Translations under genes and position numbers: made by a program | Notes under the pieces: generated by a model | Told to the model about the DNA's origin: nothing | Database searches by the model: none | The model's input: the letters and a program-made list of their open reading frames with translations, nothing else | Assembly: GCF_039654945.1 (NCBI RefSeq) | Contig: NW_027361766.1 | Coordinates: 35,898,001 to 35,962,000, forward strand | DNA from: Dendrobates tinctorius | Lineage: Eukaryota | DNA length: 64,000 nt | Reading direction: 5' to 3' | In this document: positions 37,501-51,074 of the stretch, in pieces | How the letters are laid out: the number at the start of each line of letters is the position of its first letter | How positions within the stretch are numbered: position 1 is the stretch's first letter

Positions 37501-39574
37501 TGGTACCCTCAAACAGATGCTCCGCATACTGGTTGAGACCCAAGGGCGCGACTGGGAGCGGTACCTCCCACACCTGCTGTTCGCTTACAGAGAAGTTCCG
37601 CAGGCCTCGACCGGGTTCTCCCCCTTCGAGCTCCTGTATGGCAGGCGAGTCCGGAGACCCCTTGGGTTGATAAGAGAATCCTGGGAAGATGAGCCAAACC
37701 CCACAGAAGTGTCCATCGTGGATTATGTCATGCGCTTCCGTGACAAGATGCAGACCTTGACGCAGTTGGTGCATGACAACATGACGCAGGCTCAGGCTGA
37801 CCAGAAGCGCTGGTACGACCAGAACGCCCGGGAGCGGACCTACCAGGTGGGTCAAAAGGTGTGGGCGCTGGTCCCTGTACCAACGGATAAGCTTCAGGCA
37901 GCCTGGGAAGGCCCGTACGTCGTCCACCAACAGCTCAACCCGGTCACCTACGTGGTCACGCTTGACCATGCTCGGGGTAGGCGCAAGGCCTTTCACGTCA
38001 ACATGCTGAAGGAGCACTACGAACGTGAAGCTTGCGTCCTACCGGTCTGCAATCTGCCAGAGGATGGGGAGGAAGATCCCCTCCTGGACATGCTGGCCCA
38101 GGCCAAGGCCAATGGGTCCATTGAGGACATGGAGATAAGTGGTTCGCTCACCGTGTCCCAGCGGTTGCAGTTGATGGCCACCCTGGAACTCTTCCGGCCC
38201 GTGTTCACCAATCGTCCTGGGAGGACGGAGTTAGCAGTTCATGAGGTGGACACCGGGAATCACGCCCCATTACGGCGAACACCTTATCGGATCTCTGAAA
38301 CGGTGCAACAAGTCATGCGCCAAGAGATCGATGAGATGTTAAGGCTGGGGGTGATTCGACGGTCAAAAAGCGCGTGGGCTTCACCTGTAGTCCTCGTGCC
38401 TAAAAAGGATCGAACCACCCGGTTCTGCGTGGACTACAGGGGGCTCAACGCCATCACAACCTCTGATGCCCACCCAATGCCGCGCATCGAGGATCTGCTC
38501 GAGCGGTTGACAAACGCCAACTACATATCCATCATGGATTTGAGTCGGGGATACTGGCAGATTCCCCTGAGCCCTGAGGCGCAGGAGAAATCCGCCTTTA
38601 TCACCCCCTTTGGACTGTACGAGTCCACGGTCATGCCCTTCGGCATGAAGAATGCCCCTGCCACTTTCCAGCGGATGGTCAACCACCTGCTTCGGGGACT
38701 GGAGGAGTACGCGGTGGCGTACTTAGACGATATTGCCGTCTTCAGTTCCACCTGGGAGGAACACCTTCAGCACCTCCAGGAGGTGCTCAAGCGTCTTCAC
38801 CAGGCAGGCCTGACCATCAAGCCGGGGAAGTGCCAGATAGGCATGCACAAGGTCCACTACCTGGGGCACCGGGTAGGCGGGGGTTCCATGAGTCCAGAGC
38901 CAGAAAAAGTGGACGCAATTGTGTCCTGGCCCACCCCCAGGACCAAGAAGCAGGTGAAGTCCTTCTTGGGCACTGCAGGGTACTATAGGCGGTTCGTACA
39001 GGACTATAGCGCCCTTGCCAAACCCTTGACTGACCTCACCAAGCAGAGGCTACCCCAAACAGTCAACTGGACAGATGACTGTGAGGCGGCTTTCCAAGCT
39101 TTGAAAGCAGCCCTGTGCAACTCTCCAGTGTTGATAGCAGTCGACAGCAGTCGCCCTTTTCTGGTACAGACCGACGCCAGCGAGTTTGGCCTCGGTGCTG
39201 TGCTTAGCCAGGTCGATTCGGGGGACCAAGAGCACCCCGTGTTGTATCTGAGCCGGAAACTTTTGCCGAGGGAAGTGGCATACTCGACCATCGAGAAGGA
39301 GTGTCTGGCCATGGTGTGGGCACTACAGCGTTTGCAGCCCTACCTGTACGGGCGTGCCTTCACGGTGGTAACTGACCACAACCCTCTGAGCTGGTTGCAC
39401 ACAGTGTCCGGAACCAATGGAAGATTGCTCCGCTGGAGCCTTGCCCTTCAACAGTACGATTTTACTGTAAAACACAGGAAGGGCAGTGAAAACGGCAATG
39501 CCGATGGGTTGTCCCGCCGGGGCGAACCCGCTGAGGTGCGCATGGCCGATTACCGAGAGGTAATGCCTCCTTAG
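34553..39574 (+). CDS. Gmr1-type gag-pol polyprotein (SCAN-like capsid, CCHC, protease, integrase, RT, RNase H) with one in-frame TAA at 35192-35194
   Basis: ORFs 34544-35194 and 35315-39574 share a frame and the gap between them has no other stop. Motifs: CHHCQRPGHFFYAC; LKDTGA; HEIPLAGH..CATC, AVDIVGP, TDQG, CERFNG, WEGPY; then YLDD; then QTDAS..YSTIEKE. Integrase precedes RT. Confidence 0.93.
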
Positions 39575-41959
39575 CGCCCTCTTAAGGGGGGAGGTGTGAT
39601 GTACAATGTCTGCAAGATATGTTTTCTGTTGCAATGTGCTAACAAACCCTCCATTTTCTTTGAGAAGCTGCCTGCCAGTGTCTCAGTTAGATTGCACACT
39701 ACAGCAGCTTCCCTTCCCCCGAGTGCCATAAACCAATTTCCTGTCACCCCATTTGGCTTCTCTAAGCCTCAGCTGAAAGAGGGAAAAAAAGTGCGGGAAA
39801 GGAAAACTCTTTGTTTGAAATAAAGGTTAGAGGTAACCCTTTAAGAGCCTGCCCTGCGAAAACCGTACCAAGTAGAGATATGGAAATCATATTTTTGTAA
39901 CCTGAGCGGTCCCAGCTTCGATACCCCCTTACTTTCGAAGTTCTACCCTGTCCAGAACATGAGATAGGATTTCCGCCCAAATGGACGGTCATATCGCATA
40001 GATGTTTGATGTTTTCTTGATAGGCTCATTACGCTGGGAAACATGATACCACTGATGAGTCCATACCAGCTTCTCCCATAAAGTTATAGCTAATCTAAGT
40101 TTTGTAGCCAAAACATAACTTGGATAAGAGAGGTGGGATCAACCCAGAATGCACCTCTCTGTGATGTCACATAGGAAAGTCTATAAGGCATTCCCTGGCA
40201 GAACCAGCTCAGAAGAGCTCCAATCCTCGTGCTGAGCAGAACCCAGATGAGTGGAGACGTGCAGCTCCGCCTCCACCCCCCTTAAAACCACATGGGATGC
40301 CTAACAACAATATGGAACTGTGAGTGTAATCTCTTTGTTTTCTCCACTTTTATTTTATACCTGTACTGTACATATTTTATGTCTCAATTTTATAGCAACT
40401 TTTATCTGTAATCACTGTCCTCTTTCGGAAAATAAATGAAATAATTATTTAGATCTGTCTCCATGCTCTAAGAATCGAACTATACGCCTTTAATAGATAA
40501 TCGCTACTAATTCAAGGGGTTTGCCACGGACCCTCTTAATTTAACACTGTGAATTAAGTAACCGTGACTGGTGGCAGCGCATTGTGCACGGCTATTGCGG
40601 CTTGCTGGCAGTCCAGAAGGGTCTTATATTTCTGAATAAGGGGCTGTGGCCACAGCATTGATAATTCCCTTACTGCAGAAGCCTAATTGCCGGTTCACAA
40701 CAGGCAGCCCGTCCGGCGACCAATTATCCTAGGTGCAGTTCCCTGACTGACCTGAGGGTAAGGGGGGCGCCGGAGAGCTGCGAGTTCCAAAGTGGAACTG
40801 AGAAAGTGGGATATACATAAATCCCCGCAGTACTTGGAAGATTGATAGCAGTGGTGGGGCATCCAAATTAAACCCCCCCTGCGGCAAATTGTAGAGCGAG
40901 ATTAGCTTGCTGGATATTTTTGGTCACATGGTGCCAGTGGTGGGATAACTAAGATAAGCCCCAACGGTGCCTGTGATAGCCGTGTGCCGGCAGTGTGTCT
41001 CGTCCCTCCGTCCGCTGATACACCCGTGTCAGTGGTGGGACTGTGACATAGTGGTGACACAGGGTCCGCTGTCCGTCACGTTTTGGTGGCAGCGGGACCC
41101 CCGTTAGTCGCCTCCGTAAGTGGACGAACGGCCGTGGGCTGTTCGTCACAATCAGGCCAAGGTTATCTGTAAGAAGTGCGCAAAGACCTTTAGCCGAGGG
41201 AAAAATCTGAAAAATTTGAATACCAGTTGCATGCTTAGACATTTAACCAGCATGCACTTGCAAGCGTGGACACAACACCAAACCTCAAGTACCACATGTG
41301 CAACTGATCACAAAGAAGGTAGTCAGCAACACTACATTGTTTCCCCCACTGTAAGCCCTTCCACCGGTTAGCACAGCAGCAAATGTTGAGGTGTCGTTGC
41401 AAGGCCAAAGCAGTCAGGGAATCCCACTGTTATATCAACGAAAGACTGAATCTAGGCCATCAGAAAGAACACTAACTCCATGACCATCATCAACCCTCTC
41501 TCAGTCCGCCTTGTCCACTGCTAGTTCCACCATATGCAGCTCTCAAGTCCAGCTCACCCTCCCAGAGACTATGAGTAGGTCAAGAAAGTACTCAGTCTCT
41601 CATCTGCGTACACTGGGTTTGAACGCCCACATTGCCAAACTAATCTCGTTAGAGATGATGCCCTATTGGTTGGTGGAAAGCGCAGCTTTCCGCGAACTCA
41701 TGGCCTATGCAGTACCACGCTATGACCTACCCAGTCGCCACTTCTTCTCTCGCAAAGCCATCCCAGCCCTCCACCATCATGTGAAAGACCGCATTGTCCA
41801 TGCACTCAAGCAGTCAGTGAGTGGAAAGGTGCACCTCACAACAGATGCATGGTCCAGTCGGCATGGCCAGGGCCGTTACATGTCCATCACTGCGCACTGG
41901 GTTAATGTGGAGGATGCAGGGTCCACAGGGGACAGCGGTGGTGGGACAGTGCTGCCTAT

Positions 41960-42133
41960 CTCTCCCTGAACAGGAGCTGTGGTATGTTCAGATCATGTTC
42001 CTGCACAGTCATACATGGCCATTCCATTACACATTACAGCACATGAACATTTTTTTAAAACATTCAATCGTGAAGCCTATTTTTATTCCAAGATCTAGTG
42101 ATTTAAATGTACTTTTTTTGTGGGACAGCCCCT
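41960..42133. mobile_element. T2/Kolobok-like MITE fragment (one end only)
   Basis: Ends GGACAGCCCCT|TTAA, resembling the AGGGGTTGTCC-type TIR with a TTAA target; abuts the hAT truncation point. Confidence 0.45.
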
Positions 42134-42137
42134 TTAA

Positions 42138-45100
42138 CCCCTTCACAACATTTGATGTACCTATACGTCACAGTCAGGACAGGACAGGACATAGTCGTGC
42201 GTGGCAAAGGAGCTATACATGTGTGATCACCATCAGGATCTTGGCTTAAACAATAACTGAGCTCCAGCTGTCACAGCCAGAAGAGGTGTTCACTCTACCC
42301 CAGGCTGTTTAACCCCCTAAATGATGCAATTGATATTGATCGCAACATTTTGGAGGCTAGGAGAGGAATGGGGATCTATTTCCATTCTGATCATGATGAC
42401 CTCCAGGTCTGGCAGCTTTGGTAACCTGTTTAGACCATGCAATAAGAAATAACCATATTTTGTATCGCCTTGTCCGGAATGACCCAATCTATAAAAGTGA
42501 CACTATTTAACCCCATCAGTGATCACAGTAAAAATAAAATAAAAACTTGTAAAAAATACTATGGTTTTTCATCATAATTCAAGTGGAATAAATTGTGATC
42601 AAAAGTTCAAATGAAAATACAAATGCTATAGCTGAAAACATCAACTTGTTCCGCAAAAAAACAAGCCACCATACATCTCTATGAGCAGAGAAATTAAAAG
42701 TTAAAGTTCTCAGAATACAGAATTGCAAATACATTTTTTTTCTCTAAAATAGATTTTATTGTGAAAAAAACACCAAAAAAAGAAAACAAAAGCTACCTTA
42801 TCACTTTTACTATGTGGTGAACGGCATAAAAAAACCAAAAAACAATTATTCAATTGCTGGTTTTTGTTCAGTCTGCCTTAACAAAATCAGAATAGAAAGA
42901 GATCAAAATATGTTATGTTCCCGAAAATTGTGCCAATAAAAATGTCAACTTATCCCGCAAAAAACAAGTGCTCACATGTCTCAGTTGCCAAAAATCTAGA
43001 AAAATTGTAGTTCTTAAAATTTGGTGATACAAAAGCGGTGTCCCTCTTTTTAAAAGTGCATAATATCACAGTTTGCCACAGTTTTGTGCACCTCTGAAAA
43101 GAAGGACACCACTGAACACCGGCCAGACTGAGTCCAGAGTAACTGCTGACTTGTTACAGTGAATGAATCCCCAAAGGGTTTTAGCTGAAACATGTAATTC
43201 AAAGATTTAGATGTAAACCCGATGTAAGTGCTCAGCATAGTGCACAGGATAAAATGTGGTCCAAAATGTTATTTAAAATGTTCTCAACTCAATCCACAGA
43301 AAAAGCAAGTTCCTGTTTAGGTCTGTCATCTATCAATGGGCTTCTACATTATTGATAGCACAGAGGATCTGGAAAAGCACTAAGGCTCCTGGCCCTTGAA
43401 AATATATTCAGTGAATTCTGTCTTCTCAAATCCAAATGTCCCCCTCCCTTCTGAGTCCCAGTGAGACTAAACCACATTTAACATCCACATGTTTGGCATT
43501 TCTTTAACGATGAAGTCCACTTAATATATGGGTACATGTCTCCTGAAGCACTAGCTGGACATAATGTATTGGGCACTACAATGTTTTATTCACTACATTG
43601 CACAGACAATAAAATTCCAGTTTTGCAATTTTCACTCAGCAACATTCACTACTGCCTGTTTCTGGAAAACAGCCATGGAGTCAAAGTTGTCACTACAACT
43701 GATAAATTCCCAGGGCTCTGTATATGGAGTCTGCAAACTAAACTGTGAAAATTTGATCTCCAAGAGTCAAATAGCGCTCCTTCCCTCTCGAGTCTCGCCA
43801 GGTTGCTAAGCAGTACTGTACAGTCACATATGGGGTATGTGGAATCTGTGAGGTCATTTTACCTATTAGCCCTTATAAAATTAAAAACTTGAGTCTTAAA
43901 CAATATTTTAGTGGTAAAAATGTAATTGTTTTTTTTTCATCTCCCAAAGGTATAATATTTTGTGTGGTATGTGTGGTATCAATATCTTAATTTCACCCAC
44001 ATATGAATTCATTGGGAAGTGTTGTTTGTAAAATGTGGTCCCTTATGAAAAGGTTCTGCTGTTCTGGCACTTCAGGGGCAATGCCAGGTGCCAATGTGAT
44101 ATAGCACCCTCAAATCCCAGGAAAATCTGAAAGCCAATATGGCGCTCCTTTCTATTTGAGCTATGCACTGTGCCTCAAAAGTATTTTTCAACCACATATG
44201 GGGTATTGGGATACTCAGGAAAAATTGTGTAACATAATATACCATTCTTTTCTCTTTTCATTGTTTTTGAAAATTAAAAACTTGGGGCCAAGGCCACATT
44301 TTAGTGGAAGTAATTGTAATTTTCCATTGTCTCCGCCAACTGTTATACAATTCTGTGAAGGTTTAAAAATGCCCACTACACCCCTAGATTAACTCTTTGA
44401 GAGGTGTAGTTTGCAAAATGGGTTCCCTTGTGGGGGTTTCTGCTGTTTGGCAAGTCAGGGACTCATTAAATGTGATATATCATCCTCAATCTCTTGCAGA
44501 CAAAATTGCTTTCTAGAATCAACCTGATGCTTCTTCCCTTCCAAGCCCTGTTGTGTACCCAAACAGTAGGTTTTTTTTTTCTTTTTACCACATATGGGGT
44601 TATAATCTGCTCAGGAGAAATTGCTCAACAAATTGTATGGACCATTTTCTCCTTTTACCCTTGTGAAAAAATATTGGGGGCTAAAGCAACATTTTTGCAG
44701 GAAAAATATTTTTTTCATTTTTATACCTCAACACTATAAAATTTTGTGAAGCACCTGTGGGTTCAAGGTGCTCATTACACATCTAAGTAAATTCCTTGAA
44801 GGGTGATGTTTCCAAAATTGGCTCACTTGTGCGCGTTTTCCATTGTTTAGGCACATTAGGGGCTCTGCAAATGCGACATGGCATCCTTTATCTATTCCAA
44901 CCAATTTTGTGCTCCAATAGTCAAATGGTGCCCCTTCCCTTCTGAGCCCTGCTGTGCACACAACTAGTAGTTTTCCACCACATGAAGGATATCATTGTAC
45001 TCAAGAGAAATTGCACAACAAATTGTATGCTCAATTTTCTGCTATTACACTTGTGAAAATTAAAAAATTGAGGCTAAAGCAACATTCTTGTGGGAAAAAT

Positions 45101-45598
45101 GTATTTCTTTTTTCACGGCTCAACATTATAAAATTCTCTGAAGCATGTCTGGGTTCAAGGTGCTTACCACACATCTAGATAGTCATGTACCCTTTTAATA
45201 ACTTAAAAATAAATGTAGTCATCACCTGTCTGCTGGGAATTCATAATAAGGAGGTGTCATGACGATCCCCAACTCTACTACATCCAGATGCTGTGGTCAG
45301 CAGTGACCATTTTACATCCATTTTACAGCACCAAAGTTTGGGTGCCCATTGACTTACTGTATATGAGGTTCTTGTCCGGGGTCAAGTTCGAGTAAAGTTC
45401 TTCTAACCCGAACCAACATTTTTTCTGCTACTCGAACCCGCCAGACCCAAACTTCCACAGGTCCGCTTATCCCTACTCAGAATCACTAGGATATGTTGAA
45501 GGGCTCTTATTTTATTGTCTCATAAAGTGACACTGGTCAGAGTTGTAAAATTTTTCTTGGTCAGGAAAATGAAAACAGACTTATGGGTGAAGAAGCTT
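42138..45598. mobile_element. Non-autonomous piggyBac-like element with internal ~300-400-bp degenerate repeats
   Basis: TTAA|CCCCTTCAC left end; degenerate GTGAAGAAGC|TTAT right end. Recurrent CATATGGGGTA..CTCAGGAGAAATTG blocks from 43.4 to 45.2 kb. No transposase ORF. Confidence 0.55.
45180..45474. mobile_element. hAT-MITE-like fragment
   Basis: GTTCG/CGAAC subterminal motifs ending in CCGCTTATCCCTA (TAGGGATGAGCGG-like TIR). Confidence 0.45.
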
Positions 45599-47394
45599 AT
45601 GAATATAAATATATCTGAGTTCTACTTATTATCCGGTCTAGCCATCCAGAATTATTTACTTAAACAACCCATATTACTTTGGCTGTCTTGCAAGTTGACT
45701 TACCTCTCACAGACCCAACAAACACTTCTGACTTGACTATTTGTTTGATTGATATCAAGCTCAACCTCCCAAGTCTGAACAGAATTTTACTAGCCGTCTT
45801 TTAATGAGACTATCCTCTTCCAGTCGCCACCTACCTTTAAATGGTAAACATTTATTTAGCTAACTCACTGTATATTTATGGTTACTCTCACTTATTGGTC
45901 CCAACTATGTAAAGTAAGTGATATACATTGTGCAGTGTCCCTAAAGGACTCTAATTAGTTACTTACTTTTGTTTCCATTCCACCACTTTTTTCCAGCCTA
46001 CTGACACTTCTAGATGAAAAATATGATCTGTTTTTCATCTGACTGATGCACCACCAATGGATAAGTCAAGGCTCAAGCACCAGATAGCTCAATTGCGTAA
46101 TTTTTGGGACAACATGTATGCATTCCTTGTTGATGCCATCCAACTGTCGGTTATTAGCCAATTTTTCTGCCATCGCAGTGCATGCTCTATCTTCAGTGAT
46201 AAGCAGTTCTTTTGTCAATGTTCACACCTGCATTTCATCATGAATCATAGCGCAACATTAAACCTGTTAATAACTACTATGGCAGATCATGGTGGCACCA
46301 CCATGTGCAACAACCAACACCACTATGAAACCAATTGTGAGCACTTCATCAATTCCCAGGACAATACAGCCTAGAGATCATCTAATCAAAGCCAAATTAG
46401 TGGAATTTTCACATGAAGAAAACAACCTTTGCTGTGACCAATGAAAATACACAACCTTTCTATCTTCCATGGAACTTAATGCTAATATAAAATATTATAA
46501 TTTAAAAATTTTGTTATTCAAAGTAAATGAGGAACCACCCAACATAATAAAAAACTATTCCACTGAATTCTATGGTTACAAAAAAATGCAATCGTTTTTA
46601 TGACATACTTTGCAATTGTACATCACGGCTAACATTTCTAATAGCATTGTACAAAAGCACTGTCTAGTTGTAGGACTTCTATTACACACAGAAGCCACAG
46701 CACAGATGTGAACAGAGCCTTACATGTTTGTAAAGAGTATTGCTCTACATGTGACATTATAAAGCAATATAGCCCTAATCTTTTTAAACAAATTACTTTA
46801 CATTGAATTAAACTTTTTGAAATTAAGACGTGAACTCCTACCTATCAGAACAGGGGGTGTTATTATTCTTTAATAGTGTCGCTATGATTTTGTCGATGAT
46901 AGATTTAAAATTATTATTCATAATGAAATTGAGCAAAAGTAAATCCTTTTCCTAGAACATAAATCTATTACTACCAAATAATTCCAATGAAACGTCATAT
47001 CTTCTTTGTAGCATTTATTTTGAATTACCTGTAGGTTTTTTCAAATAGAACACTTGAATTTTCCAATTTAACTATCAGAGATAAAATGAAATATGTCAAA
47101 GAACAGACAATATCACGAAGTGATGCACAAACTGATAAGCATTTTTTTTCCATTAAATAATGCACTTGATAAACAAATGATAGAAAAATACATCAAATCC
47201 AACTTGTATAAGTTAGAAGGTCAGTAAAAAAAAGTGGAACATTTTTCCAAAGCTCAGAAAAGACAGAATCATCATTTAAGTGGAATGCAAAAAAGAAAGA
47301 AACAAATGCTAAATAACAATCTCATAATAGAAGTAAAAATGAAAAACAATTTACAAAAAAGCAAAACATCAAAAAAAATCAGACCCCACTGAAA

Positions 47395-47731
47395 CATACC
47401 GGCGCTTGCGCAGTACCGATTATATGCTTTGCCCACAGTTGGGCAAGCGCCGGAGGCCTTTTCAATGCGCAAGCGCGGAAAACTACGGCATCTGTGATAT
47501 TCACAGATAAAGATTACATTCAGCAAGCCGAGGAGGGGGGAGAAGGCGAATAAGCCCTGCCCATCGGACCGGACCATGGCGATTTCCATAATCTCCACCA
47601 AGATAAAAAATGTATTTATGCATCAAAGGTGCGGGGTCGGGGGGAATCAAAAGTCCTAATAGAATCCTATGGGACGCACAATTGGGTGATATCTTTACGT
47701 GATATCACTAAAAATGGGTGACAGATTCCCT
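47395..47731. mobile_element. T2/Kolobok-like MITE fragment
   Basis: GC-rich GCGC-palindromic island ending TGACAGATTCCCT|TTAA; the other end was not found. Confidence 0.5.
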
Positions 47732-50582
47732 TTAAAAATAATTCATACTATTACATGTGTAATCAAATTTCCAAAATGCTTCAAATATCAAAATACATAT
47801 TTAGCTGTTGCCCAAGATAAAGCAATTCACACTTGCTGTTATGTCAGTCAATAAAAAAACAGAGGTCGATCAAGGTTATTCCTTAGGAAATATGATTATG
47901 TTTGACCTAAATTAAGAAGCTTTGGTTTAAAGTCTTTAGAAATAAATATTATATTTTACAGATATATATTATAACTTGTACAACAACTATCTAATTTAGA
48001 GATGAAAGTAAATAATGAAGCTTAACATTTTAAAATAGATTTAATTTAAGCAGGAATACATAGTTCAGAGAGGGTAATGCTTAACTTAATGTATGCTGTA
48101 ATTTAATATAGTCCTCAAAACAATATTATGCAGTAGACTATTTCCTTCACTTACTCCATTTTAATCTGGACTGAACTAATCTTGCCTTTGCTTTGGCAGT
48201 AATCCAAAATGATTCCAGTATTATTAAATGAAAATGCTTGAATACCAAGTCCAAGATGCAGGGCTTAAAAAGGTTAATGTATCAATAGCATTTGCTATAC
48301 AGACTTCAACTTAAAGTAGAACAGACACATATTTTGCCATGAAAATTCCGATCACTAGCATATTTGACAATGTCAACCGAAATATGGAACACTTTGCTAT
48401 TTTAGTATATTTTAGACGTTTCAGCTTTTCCCTCTTATTCTTGCTTTGATTCCTGATTACCTTTATGCAAATAACCTTTTTCTTCACTAATTGGATAGTA
48501 ACAAATGAGCTTTATACAATGTGATCTCTAATACATTTTAATACAACATTAGTACGTGAGCTAGAAGTCAGATACAGGCTGACAAATAATGAGAATAAAG
48601 TCCTCCACTAAGCATTAAATACTGTTGCTGTCAGCCGAACAATGGTTGGGCAGATTGTTTAGTTCTCAGCTATTTCACCCGACTACTCTATTCACAAGAA
48701 CACCCACTCTGCAAAACAGTCCTGTGTTCTCTATGAAAGACATCTCTCTAGGTCCAGCATTCCGAAATAGGACTTCTAGCCTGAGATTATCTGTTGTTGG
48801 AGAGCCAGAGGCTTCCACACACATTGATTGCTGGTTGAACCCATCAAACAACTTTATTCTAATGTAGCATATATGGGGACCAGAAGATTATAGGGCCATA
48901 AATGGATCCTTATAGACAGCAATAGGAGCTGCAAGGTGGCAGTGATCAATTTACATGAAGAGACTAAACTGTCTCAAATTAAAAAAAAACCATATCATTA
49001 TGCCATATTATTTTCCTTCAATATATCCTGCAGCACTGTACAGAAATTGTCCATACATAAGTCCTTCTGTTTATAATTGGATTGAAAAGCTCAATCCCTT
49101 GTCTAAGCCAAAAACAAATGAAAGTTAATTTTATAGGGTTTGATTTAATCTATCAGTATATTTTTGCGATGTGGGAGTTAACGAGAGTCTCCCATGAATT
49201 CTCATGCAAACAAGAACAGAACATATAGGGTCCGATTCAGTGGAGAAGGTGCACCATATGGATTTTGGGAAAAGTTTCCTGTAGTATATGGGCCTTATGT
49301 GCAGAGCCCCTAAAGCACGAAAACAGAAACAGCAGAAATCCCCAAAACTGACCCCATTTTTATTCACAGAGAATTCATATAGAGGTGTAATGACCACTTT
49401 GCTTGCACTGGTAATTTTTAGAAATTAGTGAGCAGTGAAAATGGCAGAGTTAAAATTGCAAATATGCCATTTCAATGCTCAATAAATAGTGTACAGTTTG
49501 TGCTTGTTTAGAATTTCACCCCATAAATTGTTCAGCTAAAACTTCTCTGGCAACATATCTAACTAAGTTTCGCAGAGGCGGTGCACAACAGCACAGTACT
49601 TTGCTTCTTGGCTACTGTCAAGTAATGTAATACATTCACTACAACGGGCCACTATGCAATGTATAAGGATGCTGTGTTTCGCCCATACATCGCTTAGTTC
49701 GGGCCACTTCTGAGGCAGCTTTCGGCTGGTCAGTGTTTGTGTCGAATGTCACAGGCCCACCAATCTCAAGCTCATGAACTATACAGTGGATAGGTCATCA
49801 ATCATTATACCAGGAGAACACCTTTAAATGTTCTTTCCCCTCTACAGCACTTTCTTACATGTCAACATTAACTGTGAATTGGGCATACTCCAAGGTTTAG
49901 AAGCATTTGGCTTTGGGAGCGTGGATTTGCTAGATTGTTTTGTGGGAGCTATGTCACTTTTCTATCATCTTTGAGTTACTGTTAATGTGGAAAACCTCTA
50001 TTTTTCTGTTGAAAGACACACAGATGGCAGCATGACTCGGTGATTCTTGATGAGTGGTAACGTTATTAATGTCACTGCTCTTTAGAGCCACCTGGCCTCA
50101 CGGAGTGCAGCATGATTCAGGAGTGGCTGCTAAAACCTATGGAGTCTCAGAACAAGGCTCCATTGGCTTTATATGACAGATTTGGTGTATGTTGTGGGAA
50201 GCGCTTGACTACATTGGACCTGCGTGGGACTTTTTTTATAATAAATTGATGAGCTTGGGACAGTGTCTTGTTTTTATTTCACTCTTTTTATATTTTTCAG
50301 GTATCCATTTGTCAACTATCTTGGGTTACCTGGACTGCATCGGACCTGCATGTTTTTTTTTGCTTTTTTAAACAAATTGGTGAACCGGGGAAAGTGTCAG
50401 GGAGAATTTTTAAATTTTTTTTGAGTGTTTTCCACTTTTTGTTACTGGGTTTGTAATGGACGTATCGAATAGACAATACTCCATTGCTGACATCAGGGCT
50501 TGATGTGAGCTGTGTTTCTGGAAAATTCACAGCTGATATGAACTCTGAGCTCCATTACCCGATTGCCAAGGCACCAGGGTAA

Positions 50583-51074
50583 GGCCTGTTTCACACTTCA
50601 GTTTTTTTCCATCAGTCAAGATCAGCCGTCTTCCTAAAAAAATGGATCCGCCATTTTGTTTGGCCGATCCGTTTTTTTTCCCATTGACTTGCATTACTGG
50701 CGGATCTTGACGGATGGGCATCCGTCGGATCCGTTTTTTTGCGGAACCGCCAATTTTTTTGCGTCCGCTGACATGCCCGGACGGACCTTGTAACGTTTTT
50801 TTGGCTGAAGGATCCGCATTTTTGTACTGCGCATGCCCGGAGGAATGATCTCAGTCGGAAATTTAACCCTGAAATCATTTCTTGCGGACGGTAAAAAGTC
50901 TCTCTCTCTCTCTCTCTCGTCCCCAGACTGCGGTTCCTTTAAAATTCTTCAGCCAACGGATCCATCAAAAAACCGGTCCGCTGGCATCCGTTAACTTCTG
51001 TTACCAACGGATCCGCTTTCCGCCATTTTGGCGGATTTTAACTGACAAGAAAAAACTGAAGTGTGAAACAGGCC
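50583..51074. mobile_element. Harbinger/Tourist-type MITE
   Basis: Perfect 25-bp TIR GGCCTGTTTCACACTTCAGTTTTTT; TSD TAA (50580-50582, 51075-51077); internal CGGATCCG motifs and (CT)n. Inserted in an older repeat related to 59130-59760. Confidence 0.92.

Larger units (their letters stand above)
33468..41150 (+). mobile_element. Gmr1-like Ty3/Gypsy LTR retrotransposon (young, near-intact)
   Basis: 5' LTR 33468-34335 and 3' LTR 39595-41150 (TGTGA...TCACA). Perfect TSD ATCAG (33463-33467, 41151-41155). PPT AAGGGGGGAGG at 39584-39594. Only about 5 differences seen between the shared LTR parts. Confidence 0.96.
29717..41960 (+). mobile_element. hAT (Ac/ZBED-type) DNA transposon, 3' truncated
   Basis: Left terminus TAGAGTTGAGCGA followed by subterminal CCGAC/GTCGG motifs; BED-finger transposase inside. 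No matching right TIR or TSD found. Confidence 0.75.
32526..41960 (+). pseudogene. hAT transposase (BED zinc finger, DNA-binding region, first catalytic Asp), interrupted by the Gmr1 element and truncated
   Basis: KSAVWHFFEQNPDDQ|AKVICKKC..NTSCMLRHLTSMH rejoins across 33468-41155. Downstream are LEMMPYWLVES..FRELM..PRYDLPSR and VHLTTDAWSS..YMSITAHW. In-frame stops are present. Confidence 0.88.

Noticed and set aside
35384-39634. Antisense ORFs over the Gmr1 pol
   Set aside because: They are the expected shadows of a GC-rich long ORF and carry no motifs.
32526-41960. Host ZBED gene
   Set aside because: It is disrupted, truncated and preceded by a hAT terminus.
45460-45482. Right TIR of the hAT element starting at 29717
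   Set aside because: The TIR differs (TAGGGATAAGCGG vs TAGAGTTGAGCGA) and the 8-bp flanks GTCTTTAG/CTCAGAAT do not match; it lies inside another element.
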